Shown: positions 36,795 to 46,250 of the stretch, piece by piece | How positions within the stretch are numbered: the first letter of the stretch is position 1 | How the letters are laid out: every line of letters starts with the position of its first letter | Virus record (IMG/VR): IMGVR_UViG_3300022307_000003 | Coordinates: 1-49,613 of that record | Strand: one strand, 5' to 3' | Length of the DNA stretch: 49,613 nucleotides | Source: a virus | Taxonomy: Duplodnaviria; Caudoviricetes | The notes under the pieces: generated by a model | The model's database searches: none | What the model saw: the letters and a program-made list of their open reading frames with translations, nothing else | Told to the model about the DNA's origin: nothing | Made by a program: the position numbers and the translations under genes

Positions 36795-37051
36795 CACTCC
36801 ACTCCTTCCGGGCTCTCCGGCTCTGACGCAAACTCAAAAACACCAGCCTCGCGGATGGCTGCTACTGCGGCGCGCATGGCGTCAGGGATGGTGGTGGTGT
36901 CACCTTGGCGCTCCACGGACCAATCGCTGGACCATGTAAACCAGCAGTTTTCATCTACAGTAGCTGAGCACAGGTCATCGCACTCAAGTGACCACACGCC
37001 GTTACTGTTTAGCGTCCACCGCGGGTTCTCCAATCGGATGGGGGCGGTCAT
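36794..37051 (-). CDS. Hypothetical protein
   Basis: ATG at 37051 overlaps the upstream stop. Confidence 0.55.
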   Translation of the reverse strand: MTAPIRLENPRWTLNSNGVWSLECDDLCSATVDENCWFTWSSDWSVERQGDTTTIPDAMRAAVAAIREAGVFEFASEPESPEGVE

Positions 37052-37260
37052 TTCTGCCCCTTGGCGAATAGCGCGCTGATGAAAGCAGCTATGCCAGAGC
37101 ATGCCATGTAGAGCCCTATCGACCAACACAGAAATGGCATGGCGTACGGTACCCAAGGTCGCCACCAAATCCACATGACTGCCCCGCCCGCGATCGTGAG
37201 CGCTGTTGACAATGTCAACAGCAGCACGCGAGAGGGGGAAAGGTACTTGGGGGCGGTCAC
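37048..37260 (-). CDS. Small 2-TM membrane protein
   Basis: GTG at 37260; two hydrophobic helices. Confidence 0.6.
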   Translation of the reverse strand: MTAPKYLSPSRVLLLTLSTALTIAGGAVMWIWWRPWVPYAMPFLCWSIGLYMACSGIAAFISALFAKGQK

Positions 37261-37616
37261 GGGTTCCCCCAGTCGACATCGAACATCCCCAGCTTTCCCT
37301 TGATGGGCACACTCTCGATGATCAGCGGTGCATCGAATACCCAACACCATTGGCCGGTAGGGTCCACTCCTCCGGTCTGCACCATATGCGAGCGGTTGCC
37401 TTCGACACAACTGATCACGTCGACGATGCAGAGCGCTCGCCCTAGGTCGGCCGCGTCGTAGCTGTGCTGAGCTGCTGCAGGATGTCTACTCGGTCGAAGC
37501 GACGCGCATATCAACAACGGCCCGCGGAAGTGTGTGCGGCGCGATCGTACCTCCATCGTCTTGGCACCGCTAGCAATGAGCCCAGCCCAAGGCTGGCGCA
37601 CAGATAGGGCTTTCAC
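37257..37616 (-). CDS. ASCH domain protein
   Basis: KALSVRQPWA..IASGAKTMEVRS..RGPLLICAS...KGKLGMF. Confidence 0.9.
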   Translation of the reverse strand: MKALSVRQPWAGLIASGAKTMEVRSRRTHFRGPLLICASLRPSRHPAAAQHSYDAADLGRALCIVDVISCVEGNRSHMVQTGGVDPTGQWCWVFDAPLIIESVPIKGKLGMFDVDWGNP

Positions 37617-38080
37617 GGCCCCACCTCGCCGCAGGAAGCCTCGCCGCTGGCTGCAATGTCGTCGGCAGTGGCAAGCGAGTACAGGCCGCTCTCGTCGATG
37701 ATTTTGCCAGCATTCACAAGTCGCGCAATCGTCGCCTTGACTTGCGGGGCAGTGAACTCTCCGCCGATCATAAGTTCCTCGATGCACCATGAAACCGCGC
37801 CTCTGCTGCGTGATAACCTCTCAAGCACAAACGCCTCACACGCCCCCCGCTTCGCACGTGGCCTGTCGCTAGGCTGGCGTGGCTTGCGGCCTTCGAGGTT
37901 GCGCACAACCTTTCCAAACTCTTTCACTTTGTCACGCCAGTAGCCGACGCTTTGGCAGGCATCTTCGTGCTTCATCTGCGCGTCGTATAGAGCAGTTTGC
38001 GCGACGTTCAGGGCATCTACCCTCTCCACTTCAATCGCCTTTTCCAACTCTGCCTTCAATTCTTCAACCGTTGCCATCAC
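37613..38080 (-). CDS. Coiled-coil plus winged-helix-like protein
   Basis: QVKATIARLVNAGKI..GLY pattern. Confidence 0.6.
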   Translation of the reverse strand: MMATVEELKAELEKAIEVERVDALNVAQTALYDAQMKHEDACQSVGYWRDKVKEFGKVVRNLEGRKPRQPSDRPRAKRGACEAFVLERLSRSRGAVSWCIEELMIGGEFTAPQVKATIARLVNAGKIIDESGLYSLATADDIAASGEASCGEVGP

Positions 38081-38107
38081 TCGCCGTCCTTTGTGTCTTG
38101 TTACAAT

Positions 38108-38362
38108 CTAGCAGCCGGAGCCGTCGCCGTAGCCGTTGCCGTAGCCGTTGCCGTTGCCGTCGCCGTTGCCGTTGCCGGAGCCGTCGCCGGAGCCGTTGCC
38201 GTTGCCGTCGCCGTAGCCGTTGCCGTAGCCGTTGCCGTCGCCGTTGCCGTCGCCGGAGCCGTTGCCGTTGCCGTTGCCGTCGCCGTTGCCGTCGCCGGAG
38301 CCGTTGCCGTTGCCGTCGCCGGAGCCGTTGCCGTCGCCGTTGCCGGAGCCGCGTCTACCCAT
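38108..38362 (-). CDS. (Gly-X)40 repeat protein
   Basis: ATG at 38362 overlaps the upstream gene end; MGRR then 40 GX dipeptides. Confidence 0.65.
   Translation of the reverse strand: MGRRGSGNGDGNGSGDGNGNGSGDGNGDGNGNGNGSGDGNGDGNGYGNGYGDGNGNGSGDGSGNGNGDGNGNGYGNGYGDGSGC
38111..38350 (-). repeat. 6-bp tandem repeat GGC(AAC/GAC/TCC/TAC) x40
   Basis: Read directly from the sequence. Confidence 0.95.
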
Positions 38363-38738
38363 TGCCCTGCTCCCGCATTGTCTGCTCTGCGGCATCATTG
38401 CAGGCGAACACTTCGCAGATATCTGACGCTGCCAGGTGGTGGGATGGAACAGATGGTGACAACTTGCTGTCTGCGGCGATGCCGAGACTCGCAACGCTGC
38501 TCAGCGTGAACCCGTTGTAGCTCTGATACTGCATGCGTCGCGCGTCCTCTACCTCGAAATAGAATTCACGCCCGACGCGCACAACACCTGTAAGCTTGCC
38601 ACAATACACTCCGGTTTTGTACCCGCGGAACACGCAGTACTGACCAACGAATGGATGCGGCGGGCTATGCGCCTCGGCACCAGTAAACAGTTGCGCGATT
38701 TCCCGCGCTTGCTCAATTGTCAATCCGTCGATATTCAT
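38355..38738 (-). CDS. DUF6948-like (Sm/SH3-like barrel) protein
   Basis: HPFVGQYCVFRGYKTGVYCGKL...DARR...TLSSVASLG. Confidence 0.75.
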   Translation of the reverse strand: MNIDGLTIEQAREIAQLFTGAEAHSPPHPFVGQYCVFRGYKTGVYCGKLTGVVRVGREFYFEVEDARRMQYQSYNGFTLSSVASLGIAADSKLSPSVPSHHLAASDICEVFACNDAAEQTMREQGNG

Positions 38739-39301
38739 AATGTCTCCTTCTGCGCATCCCGCGCGTCAACTCCTACCATTTCATTCTCGTCTAGATCAAG
38801 CCGCTTGCACAGCTTGATAGCCTCATCACGCCGCATTGATAACGCGCGTTGTACTGCAGCGAACCGTGGGCCTTGCACGTCGTTGGCGCCAGCACGTTCA
38901 ACCGCGTTACGCAGCGTCGCTATCATGTCGTGTACGTCGGACCACTCAGGGGCAGGCCCATGCGCGAAGGGTCCGCCTGACGAATCCGGGTGATAGCGTG
39001 GGCTAGACTGAGCATTATCAATCGCGGTGATGTTCAATCTTCCCGATTTCGCGATGGGATACGTTCCGCCACGTCTCAGATCGAAGTCCGCGGGGCCCCG
39101 CCCCGTCCAGTGCATCTCAGTGGCAGCGCGCCCGCTGGTAGATGGCGCGATGAACTCGGCGCTGCCAACTGTCGACGTGGGCGCGTCACTACGCAACGCC
39201 TTTGCTACGCGCTCGGCATCCTTGCAGGCATCTCGAAATCCGCGCGCAAGCTTCCGTAGGTCATCACGGATGGCGAGTTGTAGTATCTTCAATGTGCTCA
39301 C
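38735..39301 (-). CDS. Hypothetical protein
   Basis: Operon-packed with overlaps. Confidence 0.55.
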   Translation of the reverse strand: MSTLKILQLAIRDDLRKLARGFRDACKDAERVAKALRSDAPTSTVGSAEFIAPSTSGRAATEMHWTGRGPADFDLRRGGTYPIAKSGRLNITAIDNAQSSPRYHPDSSGGPFAHGPAPEWSDVHDMIATLRNAVERAGANDVQGPRFAAVQRALSMRRDEAIKLCKRLDLDENEMVGVDARDAQKETL

Positions 39302-40374
39302 GATGTCACCTCTGGGAACTCACGGACGCGCAGGTCCTCGGGCCACTCTGACATGTCACCGCCTTTGCGGTCTTTGAGGTTCCGTATCGATACGCCGAGG
39401 TCGGCTGGGGCTCGCGCACTGAAGCCGCCAATGCCGTTCAATGCGTCAATATAAGTTGCCCCAAGCTGCTTCACGAACGCTGGCACGCCCGCTTCCTTGC
39501 ACTGCGCTACGATGTCGCGAATCCATTCGACGTTGCACGGCCGCGCGCCTGGCCCGCTTTCGCCACCCACGACGATCCATTTCACGACCAGCTTGTGGCC
39601 GACGATTCCGGTTGCTTCCACTGGGCCGGCCGTCAAGTGCGACATCAGAGAGTCAAGCGAGCGTGGGTCAAATTTACCGCCACCAGTTTCTGCGAACGGG
39701 TCAAACCCTGGCGGGTCCGGGATCCATGGCGCCAAGTTGATAGGCCCCAGCAACGGCTCCGCACTCACCCAATGCACCGCCGCCGGGCACCGAAGCAACA
39801 GCGGGATGCGCTCGTCTGCCGTCTCCTGGTTCTCAGCGCTGACGCCAAGCCATATCAATGAGTGGACTGGCCCATGCGTTTCGATGTGGTGGCACAGGGC
39901 ATCAGACCAACCATCACCATCCTCCATCATGCGGCCACCAGCGCGCGCGACCATCTCTGCGAATCTAGCGTCTCTGAGCACCTCAAGCATTCGCTGTGGG
40001 CGCTTAGTCAGAATTTGGTACGTGTGCCCCCCTCGCGTTTCGTGTAGCGACGTGATGAGCATCACGGCCCACACTTTAGCGATGAACTCGAACGGCACCT
40101 CGGGATGGAACAGGTCGCTCATGCTGTTGACGAACACACGGCACGGCTTGCGCCATTTCAGCGGGTCGCCAAGACGGTCGTGCATCAAGCGCAATGTGCC
40201 ATTCCAGCGCGGGCCTTTTTTGCCCGCCACCGTCAGCCCCTGGTGGGCTGGAGTCATGCCGCGATGTGCGACGCGTTCGGCGTAGCAGTTCTCACAGCCC
40301 GCGGAGACGCGCGAGCAGCCTAGCGTCGGATTCCACGTCTTGTCAGTCCATGCGATCGAAGTTGTAGTACTCAT
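39298..40374 (-). CDS. DUF5131 / phage Gp37Gp68 radical-SAM-like protein
   Basis: IAWTDKTWNP..GCSRVSAGCENCYA, VNSMSDLFH, LTKRP, SAEPLLGP, VGGESG motifs. Confidence 0.93.
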   Translation of the reverse strand: MSTTTSIAWTDKTWNPTLGCSRVSAGCENCYAERVAHRGMTPAHQGLTVAGKKGPRWNGTLRLMHDRLGDPLKWRKPCRVFVNSMSDLFHPEVPFEFIAKVWAVMLITSLHETRGGHTYQILTKRPQRMLEVLRDARFAEMVARAGGRMMEDGDGWSDALCHHIETHGPVHSLIWLGVSAENQETADERIPLLLRCPAAVHWVSAEPLLGPINLAPWIPDPPGFDPFAETGGGKFDPRSLDSLMSHLTAGPVEATGIVGHKLVVKWIVVGGESGPGARPCNVEWIRDIVAQCKEAGVPAFVKQLGATYIDALNGIGGFSARAPADLGVSIRNLKDRKGGDMSEWPEDLRVREFPEVTS

Positions 40375-40562
40375 CCCGTCACTCTCCATTCTTCTCGCTG
40401 TTTGTCGTGCGCCACCGCCCCGCGGCTGCGCAGCCGTTGAAGCAAATTTGCAACGTCCCTGCGCGCCAACCCCGACACCCGCGTGATAGTGCTCAAGAAT
40501 GCAGCTCCGTCACGCACGGCGGATAGGACGGTAGCGTCAATGGTGGCGTTTGGTGTGGTCAT
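40371..40562 (-). CDS. Small winged-helix-like protein
   Basis: RRDVANLLQRLRSRGAV...W. Confidence 0.6.
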   Translation of the reverse strand: MTTPNATIDATVLSAVRDGAAFLSTITRVSGLARRDVANLLQRLRSRGAVAHDKQREEWRVTG

Positions 40563-40936
40563 AGGGTTACCGCGTCGGGATTTGCAGCGTCCAGACGAGC
40601 GCGCCCTTCGTCGCTGATGCCAAATCGCCAAAGGTTTTCAATCGAGTGGGACAGCCACTTCTGGCCGCCAGACTGACAGTCCCACCCCGTGTAGTCGCAC
40701 CACGCATCGACGAACGCCCACCGCCCGTCATCAAGCTGGACGATGGCTACCCAACTCTGATCATCGTTCACGCCCTCGTCGTAGGCCAATATCATCGAGA
40801 CGTTATCGACTGTCACGGGACTGACTGCGCACGTGGCTCCTTCACACAGCATTTCATCGCTTGCCATGAACGCCTGTTGCCAGTCGTAGTCTTCTTTCAT
40901 TTCATCTGGCGTCATTGATTTGTTTGATTCCATCAT
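40559..40936 (-). CDS. Acidic hypothetical protein
   Basis: LDDGRWAFVDAWCDYTGWDC conserved-looking motif. Confidence 0.7.
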   Translation of the reverse strand: MMESNKSMTPDEMKEDYDWQQAFMASDEMLCEGATCAVSPVTVDNVSMILAYDEGVNDDQSWVAIVQLDDGRWAFVDAWCDYTGWDCQSGGQKWLSHSIENLWRFGISDEGRARLDAANPDAVTL

Positions 40937-40938
40937 AG

Positions 40939-42156
40939 TTACCCTTTCACACAAACGACCTGCTTTAACGTGTGCACAATGTCAACCAAGTCGCGCTGCG
41001 CATCCATCACGGCGTCGATGTCTTTATAGGCCATCGGAGTTTCATCGATCACGCCATCATCTTTCCGACATTCAACACCGGCCGTCGCCGCTTCGTGGTC
41101 CGCTACAGTAAATCGCTTCTTGGCTTCCGTGCGTGACATGGCACGGCCAGCCCCATGGCTGCAGCTGCAGAAGCTTTCATGGTTTCCTTTGCCGCGCACG
41201 ATGAATGAACGGGCGCCCATGCTGCCTGGTATGATGCCAAGCTCACCAGCCTTTGCGCTAACTGCACCCTTGCGGGTCAAAAAAACGTCCTTGCCATAGT
41301 GGTGCTCTAAAGACACGTAGTTGTGATGGCAGTTCACTGCGGTGTTGACGGTTGTGAATGGCCTAACCTTTCGCGTTCCCATGATGGCCAGCAGCGTTGA
41401 TTCCATCATGATGTCGCGGTTCACCTTGGCAAAATTCTGCGCCCACCCAACGGCAGACACGTAGTCACGAAAAGTATCACTCCCCTCATCTAGGTAGGAT
41501 AGGTTCTTGTCTGGTAGCTGTACCTGGTTCCGCCCCATGTCCTTTTTTGCCAGCGCGATGAAGTGGCTCCCAATGCGGTTCCCAACTCCGCGCGACCCGC
41601 TGTGCAACATCACCCACACGTGGCCGCGCTCATCTATGCAGACCTCGATGAAGTGGTTCCCGGTCCCGAGCGTTCCGAGGTGGGCTGCGTTGTTGCATTT
41701 CGACACGCCGGGGTGGCTTTCCGTGAGCAGCTCAAAACTTGGCAACATGGCTGCCCACTCACGTTGAACCCGCAGTGGCAAATCAGACCACGCGCCGCGG
41801 TCACCGCTCCCGCCGTTGTTCGTTCTGCCATGCGGCACTGCTTCCTCAATGTTGGAGCGCATGTCGTGAAGGTTGTCAGGCAAGTCGCTGGCCATCAGAG
41901 TGGTCTCGTGGGCTATCATGCCACAGCCAATGTCCACCCCGACCGCGGCGGGGATGATGGCGCCTACCGCTGGTATGACGCTGCCGACAGTGGCGCCCAT
42001 GCCCCAGTGCACATCAGGCATCGCCGCTACCCACTTGTGAATGAATGGCATTGACGCGATGTTTACGAGCTGTTGTTTCGCGGCGTCCTCCACTGGGACG
42101 CCCACGGTCCATGACTTGATGGGGACACCAGCGGATTCTATTGTTTCATAGTTCAC
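40939..42156 (-). CDS. rtcB: RtcB RNA ligase (3'-phosphate/5'-OH)
   Basis: MPDVH, GVDIGCG, GTLGTGNHFIE, HSGSRG, HHNY, RKGA, PGSMG, SHGAGR and AYKDID motifs. Confidence 0.96.
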   Translation of the reverse strand: MNYETIESAGVPIKSWTVGVPVEDAAKQQLVNIASMPFIHKWVAAMPDVHWGMGATVGSVIPAVGAIIPAAVGVDIGCGMIAHETTLMASDLPDNLHDMRSNIEEAVPHGRTNNGGSGDRGAWSDLPLRVQREWAAMLPSFELLTESHPGVSKCNNAAHLGTLGTGNHFIEVCIDERGHVWVMLHSGSRGVGNRIGSHFIALAKKDMGRNQVQLPDKNLSYLDEGSDTFRDYVSAVGWAQNFAKVNRDIMMESTLLAIMGTRKVRPFTTVNTAVNCHHNYVSLEHHYGKDVFLTRKGAVSAKAGELGIIPGSMGARSFIVRGKGNHESFCSCSHGAGRAMSRTEAKKRFTVADHEAATAGVECRKDDGVIDETPMAYKDIDAVMDAQRDLVDIVHTLKQVVCVKG

Positions 42157-42497
42157 GACTTCCCCCCCAGCTCAACGCCAAACTGGGCGCATAGTTTCTC
42201 TGCCTCGGACTCCGTGACCTCTAGCGCAAGCGACACCGCGTGCAACCTTGCCCGCCTGCGCTCCTCCAAGGCCGCCTGTTGGTCCCGCAGCACTCGCGCC
42301 CGCTCCTCAGCTATGCGCCAACCTAGCGCGGTGAGGTAGTAGCGGCCATCGCGCATTTCCGCAAACCTGCGCCCGGCCAGAGCGCGCAACGTGCGCCCCC
42401 ATTCGTTGGACGGTCCGCGTGGCTGGCGGTTAGCGAGGTGGTCGCCTGCTAGCTCGCAAATTGCTGCTAACCCGTCGGGTGATAGCTGGTCGCTCAC
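42153..42497 (-). CDS. Hypothetical protein (winged-helix-like)
   Basis: TLRALAGRRF..GRYYLTALG. Confidence 0.55.
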   Translation of the reverse strand: MSDQLSPDGLAAICELAGDHLANRQPRGPSNEWGRTLRALAGRRFAEMRDGRYYLTALGWRIAEERARVLRDQQAALEERRRARLHAVSLALEVTESEAEKLCAQFGVELGGKS

Positions 42498-42668
42498 ATC
42501 ATTGCCCTAACGTAAGGCGCTGGCTGAAACCGCTTCTTGCTTGGCGGCATCGAATAGAAAACCCGCGCGCATTTCAGCCGTCGTTTCCATGCGAGGTTGA
42601 GCATGCGCTTCGTGTGGCGGTCCATGTCTTTGGTGATTGGTGGTGGTACCGGGTTTAGGTGGGCTGGT

Positions 42669-43043
42669 TCAATCATTGTCATTGGGTTCCTCATTTGCAG
42701 AATACACGCCGACACCAACGCGGCTGATGAGTCCGCGCGCAGTCAAGCGCGCAGCCGCCAAACTGGCGTTTTGCTTTGTGGTTTTGAGACATTCTGCAAT
42801 GCGCGAGGCGTTGAATGTGTCCCCGCGGTGCGCCTGAATAAGAGTTAATACCCTGCCGGGCACGCTGCTTGGTCCAGGTGGTTTGTTCCCGTTCGGGATT
42901 ACACAACTGCCCATGCGTAGCTGCTTCAATTTTTCTATGATTGCAAATCGCTGCTCTTTTAGGTCTGTTAGTTGCTTACTTAGTTCCGCGATAGCTTCAT
43001 CGCGCGCTGCGATATACCTAGCCATTACATCTAATTCAGTCAT
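42669..43043 (-). CDS. Coiled-coil plus winged-HTH protein
   Basis: ASRIAECLKTT..AARLTARGLISRVGVGVY; AGGAG RBS. Confidence 0.7.
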   Translation of the reverse strand: MTELDVMARYIAARDEAIAELSKQLTDLKEQRFAIIEKLKQLRMGSCVIPNGNKPPGPSSVPGRVLTLIQAHRGDTFNASRIAECLKTTKQNASLAAARLTARGLISRVGVGVYSANEEPNDND

Positions 43044-43055
43044 GTCTTCATCTCC

Positions 43056-43493
43056 TCAGAACGGAATATCATCGTCCCCAAACCCATCGTCGCCACCCTC
43101 TTCGTGCGGGCCGTCGAAGCCGCCGCCACCACTGTCAGATCGCTTTCCGCCGTCACCCTTGCCGCCCAGCAGGATGATGTTGGTGGCTACCACTTCCGTG
43201 CTGTACCGCTTGCCGCCGTCTTTGGCCTCCCAGCTGCGTGTCTGCAGGCGCCCTTCAACAGCGATGCGGCTGCCCTTGGAGAGGAACTTGGCTAAGGCTT
43301 CGCCCCTTGCGCCCCACATTGTGGCGGTATGCCACTCGGTCTTTTCCTTGCGCTCTTTTGATTCCTTGTCAAAGTAGCTTTCGGTTGTGGCGATACGGAG
43401 ATTCAGCACCGCGCCGCCGTTGTTCGTGTGTCGGAGCTCTGGGTCTTGACCCAGGTTGCCGATCAGGGTTACTCGGTTTAGACCTTCAGACAT
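43056..43493 (-). CDS. ssb: Single-stranded DNA-binding protein
   Basis: LNRVTLIGNLGQDPE, TEWH, VEGRLQTR and acidic DDDIPF tail. Confidence 0.97.
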   Translation of the reverse strand: MSEGLNRVTLIGNLGQDPELRHTNNGGAVLNLRIATTESYFDKESKERKEKTEWHTATMWGARGEALAKFLSKGSRIAVEGRLQTRSWEAKDGGKRYSTEVVATNIILLGGKGDGGKRSDSGGGGFDGPHEEGGDDGFGDDDIPF

Positions 43494-43770
43494 TTGCGCA
43501 TCCCTCCATCATACCAGCTACGCTGTCCACGATACTAGCCTTTGCGGACTCAAAAGCCGCAACCGCTTCATGTATCGACACCGTGCCAGCTTCATCGCAA
43601 TGATCAAGCGCTGCCGTCAACGCGCCTTGATACGTCGCGTAATATCCAAGCGTGATGTCGCGCTCCGACTTCTTGGCGCGTGGCCCTGACGTTGCACGCC
43701 TCACTACAAGCACGATATTCTTATCGTCGCTTCGCTCAACCCATAGCGTTGGCATTATCTTGATTCGCAT
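43486..43770 (-). CDS. Hypothetical protein
   Basis: Operon-packed; LGYYAT motif. Confidence 0.6.
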   Translation of the reverse strand: MRIKIMPTLWVERSDDKNIVLVVRRATSGPRAKKSERDITLGYYATYQGALTAALDHCDEAGTVSIHEAVAAFESAKASIVDSVAGMMEGCANV

Positions 43771-44633
43771 TACTTGCCGCCTTTCACAAACCCATGCAAG
43801 TCAATGACGGCGCGTTCAATGCAAACGATCGCGTTGTGCAAAGCGTCAGAAGCTTCTTTTGACTTCACGTCTGGCGCAGCGATTGCTGATAGCTGCTCAG
43901 CAAACTTCGCCACCTTCTCCAAGTCAGGCGCCATCTCTTCGCGCAACTCGCGCTCGCGCTTCTCACGTTCTAGCTTAGCGATTCGGCGCTCCTCAGATTC
44001 TGCCTTCTCACGTTCAGTGCGAGCACGTTCCTCTTGCTCCGCTTGGATCTTGGCCAGCCGTTCGCGCTCCTCCATTTCCGCCTTGCGTACCGCATCATCG
44101 ACAGCGCGTTGCTTGGCCGCCAGCTCGTCACGTTCCGCATTCATCTTGGCGCGTTCTTCTTCCAGCGCCTCGCGTTCCGCACGTTGGCGCTCGCGTTCCT
44201 CAGCTAGCCGCGACTCCTCTGCCTCACGTTCCTTGCGCAGCCGTTCGTCTTCTTCTTCACGCTTGGCACGTAGCGCATCTTCGATTACTTTTCGCGCGGC
44301 CTCTTCACGTTCGCGTTTCTCGCGCGCCTTTTCGTCGTCGACCGCCTGCTTACTTAGCTTGAGCGGTTCCTCGATTTCTTCAAGCAGTCCGATCAACTGC
44401 TTTGCGGCCGAGTCGATACGCCTACCTTCCTCAAGGTGCACCGCCTTCTATTCTTTGCGTCGCCCCTCGATGCGCACGCGATGGTTGCGCAAGTCGGCAA
44501 TCGCCAATCGCGTTGGATCGTAGGCTTTTCTCGCATCCAGAAACGCGTACTTGTCGCGCATCTTATCGATTGCCTCAAGCGTCATGCTGTAAGGCGTTAG
44601 TGCATCACTGCTCACTGTTGCGGCATTTCCCAT
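43770..44633 (-). pseudogene. Coiled-coil protein interrupted by an in-frame TAG at 44448-44450
   Basis: RRKE*KAVHLEEGRRIDSAAK reads continuously in one frame. Confidence 0.7.
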
Positions 44634-45322
44634 CACCCACCGTCCTTCCCCGCCATCGGCGGCTTGATTGTCAACACGTTGCCGTCGATTGCGGCGATGG
44701 TTCCGAGTAGTACGATTGGCTTCGCGCGGCCGGTTCCTCTCCAGTACAATCGTTGACCATCTGACCAAACATTGTCGCCGATTACCCACCCGCCGGCGCT
44801 GACCGTTGAATCAACCCTCATCCACCCCACCGGCAGCTCGACGCTTGCGGGTGCCGCGATGGGCGGGAGGATACCATCCTTGCCCAGTGACCAGTACGCA
44901 GCTAACCACAGCTCCCGCTCCTCATCCGTGTACGGCGCGTCAGGGGGAGGTGGGTTGGCTTCACGCTCCCGCAGCGCTTCATTCTCACGCCTAACCGCAA
45001 GCTCGTTGGCGCGTGCTTTGTCAAGCTCCGATCGCAATTCGGCCGTACCTCGCTTCAGTCCACTGATTGTGCCGCGCATCACCTCGCGCCGCGACGCGGC
45101 TTCCTTGGCTTCTGCGCGCACCTCCGCAGTCTCACCAGCCGCGTACGCCTCCACCGCTTCCATCAGAGCGCCCATCTCACTTTGGACGCAGCGCTCCGCA
45201 TGCTCACTGACTGACATCGTCATGAGACACCTTTCCTCAGAGTTCTGCGCTGCCAGATACACAGGCCCATAGTGCCGCAGCAGTTCCAGCGCCGCCCTAC
45301 GCACGTCGTCAAGTGTCGTCAT
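44633..45322 (-). CDS. Hypothetical protein
   Basis: Operon-packed; central coiled coil. Confidence 0.6.
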   Translation of the reverse strand: MTTLDDVRRAALELLRHYGPVYLAAQNSEERCLMTMSVSEHAERCVQSEMGALMEAVEAYAAGETAEVRAEAKEAASRREVMRGTISGLKRGTAELRSELDKARANELAVRRENEALREREANPPPPDAPYTDEERELWLAAYWSLGKDGILPPIAAPASVELPVGWMRVDSTVSAGGWVIGDNVWSDGQRLYWRGTGRAKPIVLLGTIAAIDGNVLTIKPPMAGKDGG

Positions 45323-45600
45323 CGTACACCTACTCCAGCATCATCGTCAGATGGTATCGCCGCGAGTCTGTCCATCATCTCCTGTACCCGGCACCATGCC
45401 AGCAATTGTGTGGCGGCCTCGGACATATCGCGGGCCGCTGACGTTAGCGCGATCGCAGCAGCACGCGCCGTGTCGATTTCCATATCACCGACTTTTGACC
45501 TTGCGACGCTGTCGGTCACGTCTACCGCAGCCGCTTGCACATCTTGCAGATCTCTAATCAGCGTTCCCAGCTCTTGAGTCATTATTTTCTTCGCCATCAC
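45319..45600 (-). CDS. Hypothetical protein
   Basis: Overlaps on both sides. Confidence 0.55.
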   Translation of the reverse strand: MMAKKIMTQELGTLIRDLQDVQAAAVDVTDSVARSKVGDMEIDTARAAAIALTSAARDMSEAATQLLAWCRVQEMMDRLAAIPSDDDAGVGVR

Positions 45601-46229
45601 TCCATCCCTTCCGGTCCATCGTAGTCGTCGTCAGCGGTGTTACGTGCACCCTCTGAATTTGTGCGGCTCACCATCTCAGCCTCGATAAGCGTCTTCACGT
45701 TGGCGTTGATCTTAGGGTTAGCGAGAAATGCCGTCAGCGTCGCAGCGTCCAACTCCTGCAACGTCTTGCCTTTGTGCGGGCCGACTGGGATGCGGTACAG
45801 ACCATCGCCAGCAACGGCCCGCCCAGACTTCACAGCATGCATAGTCATCCTTTTGATTCCCTTACGCGGGAGCTTCACCTCGACCTGCATGTCGGACCTG
45901 ATGTCCGGGCTGCCGTATACGCGAATGCAGTCGTCCCCGTTCCACTTGTCCCTGAACAGCGTCACATGCTTACCAACCCAGTCCTGGACGCTGCGACCAA
46001 ACATGGCCTTCATGCATATGCCGTTCGTTTTGTTCAGCGCAAGCTGTTGTTTGATTTCGGCAAACGATACTACCCCTTTGACCTTAGTTCCCGCCTTTTC
46101 ATCCGGCAACTCGTCGATTTCCACCGCCGTTATCGTCAACGTGGTGTTGCCGTTAATTTCCCCGGCTTTCATAAACCGACCGGGGTACATCTCGTCCCAA
46201 TCCGATGGTTTTTTCAATGTGTCATTCAT
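45597..46229 (-). CDS. Putative ssDNA-binding/annealing protein (LNKTN family)
   Basis: Follows the exonuclease; TLTITAV..LALNKTN..WVGKHVTL; C-terminal IPVGPHKGK motif and acidic tail. Confidence 0.6.
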   Translation of the reverse strand: MNDTLKKPSDWDEMYPGRFMKAGEINGNTTLTITAVEIDELPDEKAGTKVKGVVSFAEIKQQLALNKTNGICMKAMFGRSVQDWVGKHVTLFRDKWNGDDCIRVYGSPDIRSDMQVEVKLPRKGIKRMTMHAVKSGRAVAGDGLYRIPVGPHKGKTLQELDAATLTAFLANPKINANVKTLIEAEMVSRTNSEGARNTADDDYDGPEGME

Positions 46230-46250
46230 GGCGTTCCTCCAGGTGTGCCG

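Noticed and set aside
38111-38350. Possible CRISPR array or the plus-strand AVAVAV/RCRC ORFs
   Set aside because: This is a 6-bp tandem repeat with no spacers; the alternative ORFs are shadows of the GX repeat.
42494-42718. Small basic ORF between 42497 and 42669
   Set aside because: Probably a real short gene, but the start is ambiguous and it has no recognisable motif; not called.
44448-44450. Genome-wide amber recoding
   Set aside because: Portal, decoration, capsid, tube and TMP genes end at TAG right before the next gene, and the tRNA is not a suppressor.
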